Position numbers and translations under genes: made by a program. The notes beneath the pieces are model-generated. The model was given only the letters and a program-made list of their open reading frames with translations, was not told where the DNA came from and made no database searches. A DNA stretch of 59,759 bases, the filler included, from Sphacelaria rigidula (taxonomy: Eukaryota): assembly GCA_964200075.2 (NCBI GenBank). It is 10 parts of 10 records of this genome, joined end to end, with 100 filler letters (N's around TTAATTAATTAA, not from the genome) between each part and the next. Parts side by side here need not be neighbours in the genome. Positions count along the whole stretch, not along the records: positions 17,961 to 23,846 come from CAXNAA020023731.1; positions 23,947 to 29,832 come from CAXNAA020023732.1; positions 29,933 to 35,818 come from CAXNAA020023733.1; 7 more parts are not named here. The stretch is one strand, 5' to 3'. Below are positions 23,275-35,667 of this stretch, piece by piece (positions within the stretch are counted from its first letter, which is position 1; the number at the start of each line of letters is the position of its first letter).

Positions 23275-25820
23275 TGGTTTCCCCCCTCGGGTGGATGAGG
23301 TGAATCGGCATCATTTCCATTGTTTTGGAAAAATAACTGATGCCAGGTCACATAATGGCCCCTGTGTGCAGACATTAGGTTCGTTGGATAACGATCCCGA
23401 CAGAATTGACGCCGCATTCTCGGAACCATTACCGCACCCCTACCATGGCATCACTTAACGTGTGATCTCCTCCCTTGGTAGGGTCTACTTATCGGTTGTC
23501 ACGTCTGTATCTGCCGGGGACTATGAACAATTCTTTAATGCGATCGTCCTGGGTTATGGACATGTGCAGGAGTGTTCGGTGTCTGGCTGAGATAGCCGCG
23601 TAGGGCACGCGAAGGCTTGGCGCTCGCCAAATGGTGCATGTCACGCTACTTCCGGCTTGTATGACGCCGGTTATACCGTGACGTAAATTTGTTTCAAGTG
23701 TGTGTATGTGTACACATTTTGTTTATATATATTACGCTTACGGTATATGTCATGTTCTCTTCGACGGATGCATGTGGTGTGCTTGGTTGTGTCGCGGGAG
23801 GTGGGAGGGGTGGCGGGGGCGGGGGGCGTACTCATTTGTTGCTTGCNNNNNNNNNNNNNNNNNNNNNNNNNNNNNNNNNNNNNNNNNNNNTTAATTAATT
23901 AANNNNNNNNNNNNNNNNNNNNNNNNNNNNNNNNNNNNNNNNNNNNCGAGCACAACGAGAAGCTGGGAATTCTCACGCTTGGGTTCGTTCTAGCCAATGT
24001 CGCCAAGATGAGATGCCTCATGCAGCCTGAACCCGAACATCAGGCGATGTATGGCCATTTTTTTCGTGACACTTTTAGCTGGTTTTCGGGGGGGGGGCTA
24101 TCGTAGAAAGTGTCCTGTAGGAAATACCCTTGGAAGAACTTCAAGACCTTTTCGAGAGGCTTTCAAAATATGTGCTCTGCTTCTCCATGCCACGGACGTT
24201 TATTTTTCTGCTCGGCAACATCCGCAACCCGACACGGTCCCGTTGTACCGCTCCCGCACATATTTTTTTTACTTTTTGCGTTTCCCCTTTTGATTGAATG
24301 ATTTTCGATTGCCGCACGTTAATTGACCCCCCCCCCCAGACTATGGCAAGCATGATCATGAGTACACCCCAGGGATCCAGCCCCCTTCCATTTGTATTTT
24401 TTGGCAAACCACATTGATTGCTACATCACCGTTTTTTGCGAGCGCGCGTTGTGTACATATCTCAGTTCCAAGCTTTGTGAGTACCCCCGGCCAACGCGTC
24501 TTATTTTGTTTTTTGAAACCAATTACAGGTCGTGTTCTCAGACCTCGACGACGAACTACTGCTTGAGCGAGCGTCAGCGTTGTGGAACTCCCTGGCAGCG
24601 TTGGGGGCACCGGCGCCTCACACGGTGGCGTTCGTACCGCAACCCATGGGTCTGACTCTGGAAGCCCCTCTGAGAGCGATGGGATTTCGGTGAGCGCATG
24701 GCAGCGAAGCTGTGAATAGCAACACATGATGGCGGAATGAGGGACACGGGGATGTAACAAGCACGGATAATAGAACGGCGTCACACGCACAGTACTAGAA
24801 TTGGTGCTTGTCACCCCCAAGCCTCCGCCGCGTTTCCATGTTGTTGAAGGATACGACTGAAGCCATTCAGGCCGAAAAAAAGGGGGTGTGCGGTTTCCGG
24901 CTTGTGCATTCCGTTTGTTCTCTTTGAAAACGCGAGGACTTGATGAGCATATAAACACACACACATATATATATATATATATACATATTTACGAGAATCG
25001 ACGCGGTGCGGGGGTGTAGATCCAACGTGCGATACCAAAACGTGAGGCGTGTGTCGGAAAAGAGATCAATTGGTTATCCCCATCGAACACACCGACTTGC
25101 TCTGGGGAACGAGAGGGGTTACATTTATACATGTGCATGTATCATTTCGCATTTTTCACCCACTTTTGCCGAGTTCTCTCTGGCGGCAGGGCATCTTATC
25201 ACGCTCTTTCTTTTGCAGTGCACGAAGAAGGCGCAGCGATACATTACCTTCCAGGTTTGGGTGTCATCTGATACCTGTGGCGCGTGTTCTGGCCATCGAA
25301 AGTCGCCCACACTGGCTCTCTGTCGCGGGGTGTCGATCCCGAACCACAAAAGCCTTTTCAAGATGGTGGAAAACTTCAAACAGGAACCTAAACAACAAAA
25401 GCTTTTTCATGGCGGGGTATTCCTTTGCGTTCTCGTTGATTCGGGAGCACGAAGACAGCGGTTGTTATGCAGCGAATGTCACGAGAACATGAGAGAGCCA
25501 AGCAGTTGACAACAATTGAACATTACCTTCGCCTTAGTCAATAGCAAACACAAGACCGTGCAATGAGCCGTTGGCGAGTTGAGCAAGGCACACACGTGGG
25601 CAAACGTCCTCACTGTGGGTCTGGTGTGCTGGACAAGCGCAGGAGGGTGACGAAATCCCTGTGATCATGCAACCCGTAACAGAGAGTTCTCTCAAAGGAT
25701 GCAGCTGTGAAGTTCCGGCGCAGGATGTCCTTGTGACAGGGGTGACAGACGTTCTTGTGACAAGGATGCACCCCTGCACAAGTACTTCACAGAGGGAACC
25801 TAAAGAAATGTACAAAAAAT

Positions 25821-27184
25821 TACATGTGCACCCGGGTGCACCATCTGCATATTGGCGAAACACGTGGGGCTACACGCGTGTGCCGCATGACCGCCCCGAT
25901 CGTGGTGACTTGGATCACACTTTGTTCAGTCGGAGCCAGCACAACCAACGCGGAATACAGTCAGTAGTACAGCAGTATCATGATGTCGCACTCTCTCATA
26001 TATCTCACTACTCGTCGCGTGGTCGAATCTGCGTGACTTCCCACTGCCAGCTCGAACATAGAGAAAATGCCATGTGTTGATAATTTCAAAGCTCAACATT
26101 TTTTGCTCGCTTACTTCCTATCCATGTATGTATGATGTACTCCAACCAAGCGTAATGGGAAAAGAGCTGCCGCTCCGTGTACCTTGAGAGGCACAGAAAA
26201 GCGAAGGTAGAGAGAGTGGCGTGTACCGGAACAGACAACATCATGGCGACTATATTATGTGCTCGTGTCTATTAGTTGTGTGGACTGTATCGGTATCACC
26301 GTCTACGTGCATCGTACCGTCTCCACAGCACCCGCCGCTGTTCGAAAAAACATGGAGAACGTGTCACCCCAATGCGGGGTCCTCTATTTTGTCGGCATGG
26401 TTTTCACTTCAAAAATCCCCACCCTGGCGGTCAAGGGCTTAAAATCAATAGCTGACCGCCGAAAGGGGTCACGCTACCCGGGAGTTTCGCGGAATGTTAT
26501 CCTCCAGCGATGCTCAAAGACGAAGGGAGGAACGCAGCGGGAGGGGGTAAGAGAATACAAGACACTGCGCTGTACTCTCTGTACAGCATTGTAAATGCTC
26601 TGTGTTTTAGTCGGGCTTTCGTGTACCTACATTGACCATGTACCCTCCCGTCTGTAGGTCATAACTCATTTTTTCTGTAGAGATGTGGTGTGCATATAGA
26701 CGGTGGTACCGATATAGCCCACACAACTTCTAGACACAAGTACATAATATAGTCGCCATGATGTTGTCTGTTCCGGTACACGCCACTCTCTCTACCTTCG
26801 GTTTCCTGTGCCTCTCTGGGTACATGGAGCGGCAGCTCTCTTCCCGTTATACTTGGTCCGTATACATCATACATACATGGATGGGAGGTAAGCGAGCATA
26901 TAGTGTTGAGCTTTGACATTATCAACACAGAACAGTCTTTATGTTCGAGCTGGCAGCGGGAAGTCACGCAGACTCGACCACGCGACGAGTAGTGAGAGAT
27001 GAGAGAGAGTGCGACATCATGATACTGCTGTACTACTGACTGTATCCCGCGTTGGATGTGCTGGCTCCGATTGAACAGAGTGTGATCCAAGTCACCACGG
27101 TCGGGGTGGCCATGCGGCACAGGCCAGCCGCAAGTGTTTTGGCATTATCCGAGGGTGCAGATGGTGCACCCGGGTGCACATGTA
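25821..27184. mobile_element. Foldback element with ~480-bp inverted arms
   Basis: TACATGTGCACCCGGGTGCACCATCTGCA pairs with TGCAGATGGTGCACCCGGGTGCACATGTA. Arms ~25821-26310 and ~26690-27184 give near-identical translations (PHDRPDRGDLDHTLF vs PHGHPDRGDLDHTLF). Confidence 0.85.
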
Positions 27185-27486
27185 TTTTTTTTTTAAATGC
27201 AGGTATGTGATATAATATGTGAATTGTAGCCAGAGGTGTGCATTCGGAGTCGTGACCTGTAACACCGTGTGATTGAGAGTAATTTAGAGCGCTGATTGGG
27301 AGTGACTTTGGTCATTCGATCTAAGTTGCTCATTTTATTATTACTTGTGCTTTTCTTTGTGCCTCCATCACTGGCGTGTGCTTACAGCTACCCACCGATA
27401 TCCTACTCAGGGATGTCAAGGGCTTCAGTGGCATGCTACTATCATATAGAAAGCATACCGGGCCTCGCGGAGGGGTATTTCGGAAC

Positions 27487-27487
<1 letters not shown>

Positions 27488-27542
<55 letters not shown>
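27488..27542 (+). repeat. (GTT)n microsatellite
   Basis: About 18 perfect GTT units. Confidence 0.95.
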
Positions 27543-28013
27543 TTTTCACATTAAAAACCGTTCCAATATCTGCGCGGTACATTCGTACTGGGCATCTGAC
27601 GCGGACGCCTTCCGTGGTCACAGGCTAGCGAAAAAATAAAAAACCCAGATTAAAACTCACAAAGTGCGATGCAAGCTAAACAGGGATAAATAATCAAAAA
27701 AGGAAGAGAGGACATATGGCTAACCTCAGAAGATCCGGTGCCGCAGGTGGCCATTCGGACTTCAGGGGGTAGCACCCGGCTTTCCAACTCGACCCGCGAC
27801 GCCATGTAGAAATGAACACAGGGTACGACTGCGGGCGAGACTCAAGGCCCCAAATATCGCCAACCAAAAAAATAAGAATCGCAAGGTTCCATCTTTCGGC
27901 CTCTCGAGGGACAGCCATACGTACAAGCATACCAGGTGTATCAAGACAAGCACTGCATGGAACTGACACGATTAATTCACTAGTTGACCGCTTTTCACTC
28001 TTAATATATTCTT

Positions 28014-28371
28014 GCCGGTCGCCCCGGTGGCTCAGTTGGTAACCTCGAAATCTTCCGACGGTTGGGTCGTGCGTTCAAGTCTCGGAGCGACCTGGCATTT
28101 TTTCTCACACAATGCCCAACAGTGGAGAGCGACTACGTCGTGGATAGACAAAATCGGACTTAACGGTCGACGAGGGAATGGGATTGCTGAACCCCTCTCG
28201 CGATAAGAAATAAAGGCAAGTACCTCAAAAGGAAGGTGGGGTGTTGAAAACAAATAGAAAGGAATAAACCCCTGGGTTGACCTTCCTCCTGTGTGACCCC
28301 GGCTGGAGCGCCCACATATACCGAAAGGTGTAGACCGGCACCCAGAATAAATGGGACGACAACACACACAC
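28014..28371 (+). mobile_element. Apparently full-length tRNA-derived SINE (~360 bp) with (CA)n tail
   Basis: GCCGGTCGCCCCGGTGGCTCAGTTGG (A box) ... CGTTCAAGTC (B-box-like), then a body, then AATAAA...ACACACACAC. A second head lies at 41905-41974. Confidence 0.8.
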
Positions 28372-30026
28372 TCAATCGTATTCTCTACTGTCAATCTCAC
28401 GAAAACATCGTTCTATGTAATTGAAACTCCTTCATCAGTTGTATTTGTTTGTCCACGTCTGTTAATTTCTCGCGGAGGGCAACATATAACTGCTCGATCG
28501 TCGCGGACAAAGCGATGACTCGCGCGCTTTTTCTCCCTTCATTCAACCCATGTATATTATGTACATGTATCATTTCACATTTTCACCACCTTTGCCGAGT
28601 TCTCTCGACCAGCAAGGCATTTTTTCCCACGCTTTCTTTTGCAGCGCACTGAGAAGGCATACGAAGAATATTTTATATTATCGACTTGCGTCACCCCCGG
28701 GAGGCCCGTACCAACCTCCCGGAGGGGAACCTTGTATATATATATATATATATACGTCTCAGTCTACTATGTCATTATGTTCGACTTTTTTTGTTCCTTC
28801 TTTTTCTTCAGCGAATTTTTCAGATTTGTTGTGTCTTGGGTACGTCAACCATATGACCACGGCTGGATCATGACCCCTGGGAATCAGTTAAAGTGCGACA
28901 ATCGATCAATCAAATCAAATCAATATATATATATATATATATATATGTGTGTATTCGACCCCTCTTTCTTTGTTTCTTTTTTTTTCTGTTCCTTTTTTTT
29001 TTCTCAGAGCGTGTTTCAGTTTTCGTTTTTCTTGGGTACGTCCGTCATGAGACCACGGTTGGACCCCTGGGGGATCGGTTAAAGTGCGACAATCAATCAA
29101 GCAATCAATCAGTTAATCATTCAATTATATATATTTCCTGGCACGCTTCCGACTCCCGTTCCGCGGAACGAATCATTCTGGTGCCAGGCGAAATCAACCC
29201 CTCTCTTGCTCGGGTACAAGTCTCACGTTCTGGTATAATCCCGGAGCGGTTCAGCGCTACCCCACAGCGTCGACTCTTGACGAATAAAGTATTTTCTGGT
29301 CACGTTGCCATATTTTCGGACACGGACATCAGATACTTCTCGCGAAAAAAATCCGAGTGCGTCCGTCGGATATCGAACACGCCTCCTTCCGACGGACGTA
29401 ACGGCTTCAGTTGTACCATGAAACAAACCACCGTGGCGCGAGTGTCCAAAAAACTACATAAGGGAAAAAGCCCAATCTGACAGTTGTGGGACGCCGCCAG
29501 TTTTTTTGGAATGCTCCTTACCCAAACTGGCGGGGACCTCGACGTTGAGCGTCGCGCGCTCTTTTTGACGTGTTGCCTCTAGGTCACGAAACGCAATCAA
29601 GGCAACTCGTCGCTGATCGTCCTTGAAAAATAAAATGAATACGGGTGAAAAAACAAAACGTTTTGTGCTGTGGGGTATACCCGGAAGCGGGGCATTTTTG
29701 GTCGGCGTACTAAAACATACCGAAACGTTCAAGGATCGGACAAATATATGATTCGTCTGGAAACTACTTGGTTTTAGTGTAATTGATTCGGATGGTACGA
29801 ATCAATCCCTAGGCTTTGTTTTCAGCGTTGCANNNNNNNNNNNNNNNNNNNNNNNNNNNNNNNNNNNNNNNNNNNNTTAATTAATTAANNNNNNNNNNNN
29901 NNNNNNNNNNNNNNNNNNNNNNNNNNNNNNNNTTGGTGTGGATACGGAGGTTTAAATTCTCCGGGTTTCTCATCCCAAATAAAAGATCCATCCCCAATTT
30001 GTAAGATCCCGTGTTATAGACAACTA

Positions 30027-30776
30027 GTGCTTGCTCGGTTTGGAGTCCCGCCGCGAATGATCACGATAATCCGTATGTTTCACGACGGCATGCGAGCTCG
30101 GGTACAGCTAGATAGTGGCGAAGTATCAGCAGCATGGTTCCACGTCTGCCAAGGACTCATACAAGGTTGCGTTTCGTCTCCGTTGTTGTTCGATATCTTC
30201 GGAGCAGGCTTTGTGGAAGTGATCGTTTAGCGGATTGCAGCGGACCCAGTTATCGCCTCAGACTTGGTCTTTCTAAATGATGCGCCAAAAGGCGACGGGG
30301 GTGAACCCGTGGGAGAGACACCACTGGAAAAGGTGCGACGCGCGGTGTGGGCAATGCTTTATGCGGACGACGCCGGCATAGCCTCAAGGACCTCAGAAGG
30401 TCTTGCTCGAATAATGGCCGTGATGATGATGATCTGCCAGGAATTCGGCCTGATAGTCTCCGAGAGCAAGACAGAGTCCATGCGCCTTTGGTCAGTACCC
30501 AGCCCCACGGAGGCCGCCCTGGATATCAAAGCTGCCGGCGGTCAACGGTATATGCAGACGGGTAAGGTCATCTACCTTAATGGAGCTATCAGCGCGGATG
30601 CGAAAATGTCGCATCGAAATCAACCGCCGTATCAACGCGGCATGGGCGCGTATCCGAAAATACATATCCCAACTCTGCGACCGACCCAACGCCAAACTAT
30701 CCTTGAAAGTTTGATTGCTTAAAGCGGAGGTGACAGAAGCTCTGTTGTATGGATGTACCATACGGACGCTACGTTC
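30027..30776 (+). pseudogene. RTE-clade LINE reverse transcriptase remnant (5' part, interrupted by an LTR element)
   Basis: LARFGVP...[40 protein letters not shown] and ALLYGC are non-LTR RT motifs. Contains a stop and frameshifts. Confidence 0.92.
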
Positions 30777-31025
30777 TGTGACGAATTGACGCCGTTACGT
30801 TGAGTTGGTAATGATGATCTGGATAATGACCGTTGGTAGTGATGATCTGGAAAATGACCGGGGACACTAAGTTGATACCCTGGCGTGTCTAGGAGGCTGT
30901 GCCTACGAGGGCACTCCTGAATAATGAGAATGTTGTAAAGGCTGACAACTGAAACTGAGGCCAGTGAGACTGGGGAGTCCCTCAACAGCAGTGATCCAAA
31001 AGTGCTTCCACTGAGTGGCGTCATA
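30777..31025 (+). repeat. 5' LTR
   Basis: TGTGACG...CGTCATA; matches the 3' LTR plus a ~28-bp internal tandem duplication. Confidence 0.93.
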
Positions 31026-31306
31026 ATATCGACATTAGTGCTAGTGCTAGTGTTAGTGCTAGAAATCTGCTGGAAAGGATTTCGGCGGGGTGAGTCTGGC
31101 AGCTGGGGAAAATCTGATAAACCACGGACGCGTCGAGAGGGTACCAGCTGAGGCAGCTGCAGAAAGGCGGCTGGCCTGTGATTGATCCAGAATAGAGTTA
31201 GGAGGCTCCTACGACTGTGTGTTGCGGCGACGAAGCAAGGAAAGTGCAATTTGCGAGGGTCCGCTGGCCTGCAACGGTTCGCAGATAACCGGTTACAGCT
31301 GCAGCT

Positions 31307-32802
31307 ATGGCGACACCGGTGGTCATGCGGGAAGAGTTGCGACCTCCTCAATATGGGGATAGGTACTCAGAGAGTGCATCTCGTACTTTTATCACAAAGT
31401 ACTTTCAGTACAAGAAGCGTGCGAAGCACGCTAACGCAGGGGGTGCTGTGCGGCATCAGGTGGTTCCAATGGCTCAACAAGTGCCAGCTTATGTGCAGAG
31501 AGTGTTTGCTCGTTTGGAGCATAAAAATATCACTATCACCCCGCCGCTGGGAACACAAAGCGGTAGCTGTTTTCCCTTCATGGTGTGTTGGCGTTCACGA
31601 TAATACATCGATGAAAAGTGAGCGGACATGGAATTTTGAGCTTTGAAACAATCAACACAGAGCACCTCTTCATATTCCAAGCTGGCAAGGGGAAGTCACG
31701 GAGACGAACTGAAGTTGATCACGCGCAATTGGTTGCGGCGATCAGAAAGCATGCTGGGCATGCGGCGGGCAGTTGCCACTGCTGTGGCCATGTCGACCAT
31801 TACGCGCGCGATTGCCCAACGTCTTCCAGTGGAGAGTCTGGGCAGTCTAGTCCCGCGCGGCATCAGCATCGTCAGCACAAGGGCAAAAGACGAAGTAATC
31901 GTGGTGGCGGCGGCGGATCCTCCGGCGATGGGGGGTCGCAGGCGAGTCCTCAGCAGCAGCAGCAGAGGCAGCGGCGTCAGCATGGGCCTGGCTCTGCGTC
32001 CGGCGCCGCCGTAGGTGCTGCTGCTCCGCAACGGGCGGTGCAGGTGGGCCCGACTTCTACAGAGTCGAACACTACGCCGGCGCCGGTGGTGGCGCCGGCG
32101 GCGACACCGGCAGCAGCGCCAGGCGCGACGCCTGTTGACGCGCTGGTCGGAGAATCGCCAGACTCTTGATTTGCTGGTTGAAGGGCGTACCCGCCAGCGG
32201 TGCCGTTTGAACCTGCCGAGGCATCTTCGCCTGCGCAGCTTGCGCAGCCGTGGCGTCAAGTGGGATTAGCGGCGCATAGGTCAGCGAACGAAGTTCCCGT
32301 GGAGCTTGCCGACAGATACATTCCGGCGGAGTCATGTCTTCCGAATCAACGGCAGCGTGGAGCCATTGTGGTTCGGTCTGTGTTGGATTCTGGCGCCCAT
32401 TTCGCTAGTCTGCCGGTGTGGATGGTTGAGATTCTGGAGCGACAACTCCCGGGTGTGCCGCTGCCCATCCCGTTTTCGCTCGGGGCGCGGCAGGTAGTCA
32501 CCGCGTTAGGTCAGCATGTTTCAGTCACACAGCGTACTGTTCCGCTGCAGCTAACTTTGACGACTTCCCGGGGGCCGGCACAGTTGCCTCCGATCTCGTT
32601 TGCGATCATGTCGGGGTCGGATGGCGTTATTCTTGTGGATTCGCCGATGCTTGAGGATATTGGAGCCAACGCTCGGCGGTTGTTGGACTCCATGAAGACG
32701 CGGATGTCTCCGCCTGGTCCGCGCTTGGAGACGCCCGTCGTTTTGGGCAGTCGTCGCGTGAGTTTGTCGGTGGATGTTTTCAGGAGGCTGGAGAGTAGGT
32801 GA
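31307..32802 (+). pseudogene. gag remnant with zinc knuckle, and aspartic protease
   Basis: MATPVVMREELRPP... start, CX2CX4HX4C at ~31773-31815, RSVLDSGA at ~32375-32397. Stops and frameshifts. Confidence 0.8.
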
Positions 32803-34990
32803 CCGAGGAGCGGGATGCGGCGGTGGAACGCTTAGTAGAGCGCGGCCCGGAGATGTTAATGATTCCGGCGGAAGAGGAGTCCACTCGGAAGGTCGCGCTG
32901 GAGGACAGCGTGACGGATGCTGGGACGACAGGCCTCAGCGTCTCAAAAGTGGAGCGCCTGCGCGGTATATTGCATTGCCGCGCCAACGCGTTTCGTCGTG
33001 CGCTGCGGTGTGATCTCCCTGCGTGCGTGAAGCCCATGCGTGTCCAGCCAAAACCTGGGGCGTCCGCGGTGAAGACGAAGCCGCGACGGTACGATCCAGT
33101 GAAGTCGAGTTGGTTGGCGTTGTGCATGGCGGCTCTTTTGGCGCTCGGGTTGGTGTTACGGAATATGCAGGCGGGGTGGTTCAGTCCAAATATGACGTGT
33201 CCGATGAAGGCTGCGTCGTGGACGGAGGGCAGGCTGCAGGCGTGGGCAGCAGCAAAGGATCTGGTGGCTCATGCCGTGACGCTGTTCCATCCTCGTCCTG
33301 ATTGGCAGGTGTTTATGTTTCCGGATGTATTCGAGTGCCATTGGGGTAGTTTGGTTATGCAGGTCCCTACTGTTGAAATTCGAATGCCTGTGCGCGCTGT
33401 GGCTGTGTATGGTCCGTGTGAACCTGATGAATCGATGCCGTCCGAATCTGTTGTCCACCAAGCACAACGAAAAGACCTTGGGGCCGAAGATGCGGATGTG
33501 CAACCTTTCGAATCGGACATTGGTACTGCTATCTTGGACAATGAAGGTTTGTCTCGTGTGCATGTGCGTGGCCGGAACGTTTTGTGGATTCCGAGTTCTG
33601 ACAAGCAGTTGCAGGTACGTCTGATGATTTGCGCGCACATGCGCGACGCCGGGCATCGTGGTGTGGCTGCGACGTGTGCTTGCAAGAGTTTTGTGTCTGG
33701 CAGGGGATTGAAACTCATGTGCGCGAATTTGTCCGCCAGTGTCTTCACTGTGCTGACATAAATGCGGGCGATGTTGTTCCCCGCCCGCTCGGCGAAACGG
33801 TCCATGGGACCACGCCGAATGAAGTCGTTTATTTTGACTTCTTATACGTGGGCGAGAGTGGCCCGCTAGCTTCCCAAGGTTTGTCGGGGGGTGCTGGGTT
33901 TCAATACATTTTGGTAACCATGGATGATTTGAGCAACGTTGTGACTCTGGAACCAGTACCAGTGTGTACTGCTGAATCGATCGCTCCATCTTTGCTGAAT
34001 TGGTGCAAAACTTTGGGGGTACCGCGTGTGTGGGTGAGGGATACCGCCACGCATTTCGAGAATGCGATCTTGGCCCGATTGCGAGAGGCTTCGCACGTTG
34101 ATCACCAGTTTGCGGTAGCGTATTCTCCGTGGTCTAACGGTACGTGCGAACGCATGGTCAAGGAAGTAGTTCGTGCTCTTCGCTCTATTCCTCTCGAGCA
34201 GCGTTGAGAGGTGACCGAGTGGGTGGACGTGTTGCCCGCTGTGCAATGGGCGCTAAATACAGCATATCGCCGTCGGTACGATAATACGGCGTAGCACGTG
34301 ATGTTTGATCGTGCCCTTCGGATGTCTTCCTCGGTGCTGACGTCTTCGTCGGCGGGGGAATGGAAGTGTGATGTTCTGGACGATGTTCAAATTAAGAGTG
34401 CATTGCAAGGAGTCTCGGACTTGCAAGAATGTTTCCACGTTCAAGTGCAGGGACGTGTTGCCGCTGAACGTGCGCGTAGACGTGAGGGGTCCTCGTCGGG
34501 GCTGGAATTGCCGAATTTTGAGGTAGGCGACTATGTCTTGTATGCACGCGTGCATCGTCCGGGTATCACACCCAAGTTGATGGCGACGTGGACTGATCCA
34601 TGGAGAGTGGTTGGTCCTCACCATCCGCACGTGTTTGAGATTCAGAACATTGTTTCGGATCGCATTCAGACCGCCCATGTAATAGCACGTTTGCGTTTTT
34701 ATGCAGACTCGCAGCTTAAGGTTACGGCTGACGTTAAGGACGTGTTCCAGCACGCTTTCAATCAGGAGCAATTTCAGATGGCTGGTATTGTCCGAGTGGC
34801 AGAAGCAGACGATCGTTCGTTGATCGTGTTGATCGATTGGGTTGGTTTCGAAGTTGAGGAGCGTACGTGGGAGCCTTTCGAGGAAATTTTTGAGGCCGCT
34901 CCGGAATCTCTAACGAAGGAGATGCCTAAACTGCGCGTGGCTCGTGCCGTTGCTGCTCGCATTTCGGATGAGTTTGGTGTTCAGTTGTGA
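32799..34990 (+). pseudogene. pol remnant: RT core missing, partial RNase H, integrase and chromodomain
   Basis: KPRRYDP (pre-RT) jumps to W...AW...KDLVAHAVTLFHP...MFPD. Then HMRDAGHRG...CLHC, VYFDFLY, DTATHF, YSPWSNGTCERM (integrase) and IDWVGFEVEERTWEP (chromodomain). No YxDD motif seen. Confidence 0.9.
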
Positions 34991-35064
34991 CGTACCCATC
35001 GTTTTGGCGTTTTCTATGTGTCAAGTTTGTTGATCGATTTTCGTCCAACGCGCTTTGGGCGTGC

Positions 35065-35285
35065 TGTGACGAATTAACGCCGTTACGTTGAGTTGGTAGT
35101 GATGATCTGGATAATGACCGGGGACACTAGGTTGATACCCTGGCGTGTCTAGGAGGCTGTGCCTACGAGGGCACTCCTGAATAATGAGAATATTGTAAAG
35201 GCTGACAACTGAAACTGAGGCCAGTAAGACTGGGGAGCCCCTCAACAGCAGTGATCCAACAGTGCTTCCACTGGCTGGCGTCACA
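35065..35285 (+). repeat. 3' LTR
   Basis: TGTGACG...CGTCACA with inverted ends, followed by the GTTC TSD. Confidence 0.95.
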
Positions 35286-35667
35286 GTTCCGAGGACTTCG
35301 ACAGTCTGCGGACGGCCCATCGCAAGCTCTTGCGCGAGTGGTTGGATTCCGCAGGAAATATCGAAATGGCTACAAGGCTCTTTCATACAGAGCGGTGCTC
35401 GAGATGGCCAACTGCGGACGTATCGAGACGACTATCAGCAAACGTCAACTCTGGTTCGCGGGAGTCCTTGTCCAGCAAAAGGAAACACGCCTTCCTAAGC
35501 GCGTCATGAACGGTTGGTTAACCACACGAGGGTCCGAGGAGGCCGGTCGCCCCCTCAAGCAACGGGAGGATACCCTAAAGGCGAACCTACGTGCACTAGG
35601 GGCTGTCCCGCACAAAGGAGCCCGACGGAAATGGTTCATCTACGGTGTAGAGGTTAACGACGCATAA
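35286..35667 (+). pseudogene. RTE LINE ORF, 3' continuation
   Basis: Removing the LTR element and one TSD copy restores TLRSEDFDSLRTAHRKLL..., followed by KRQLWFAG...RLPKRVMNG...GRP (RTE C-terminal signature). Confidence 0.88.

Larger units (their letters stand above)
30777..35285 (+). mobile_element. Ty3/Gypsy chromodomain-bearing LTR retrotransposon, internally deleted and non-autonomous
   Basis: Paired LTRs, GTTC TSD (30773-30776 and 35286-35289), CCHC knuckle (CHCCGHVDHYARDC), protease VLDSGA, RNase H fragment, integrase and a C-terminal chromodomain, in Gypsy order. Confidence 0.95.

Noticed and set aside
27376..27639. Poly-Cys / poly-Val ORFs (also 58378-58804)
   Set aside because: These are translations of GTT/GCT microsatellites.
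33156..33989. 277-aa minus-strand ORF in the retrotransposon
   Set aside because: Antisense shadow of the pol remnant, with no recognisable motifs.
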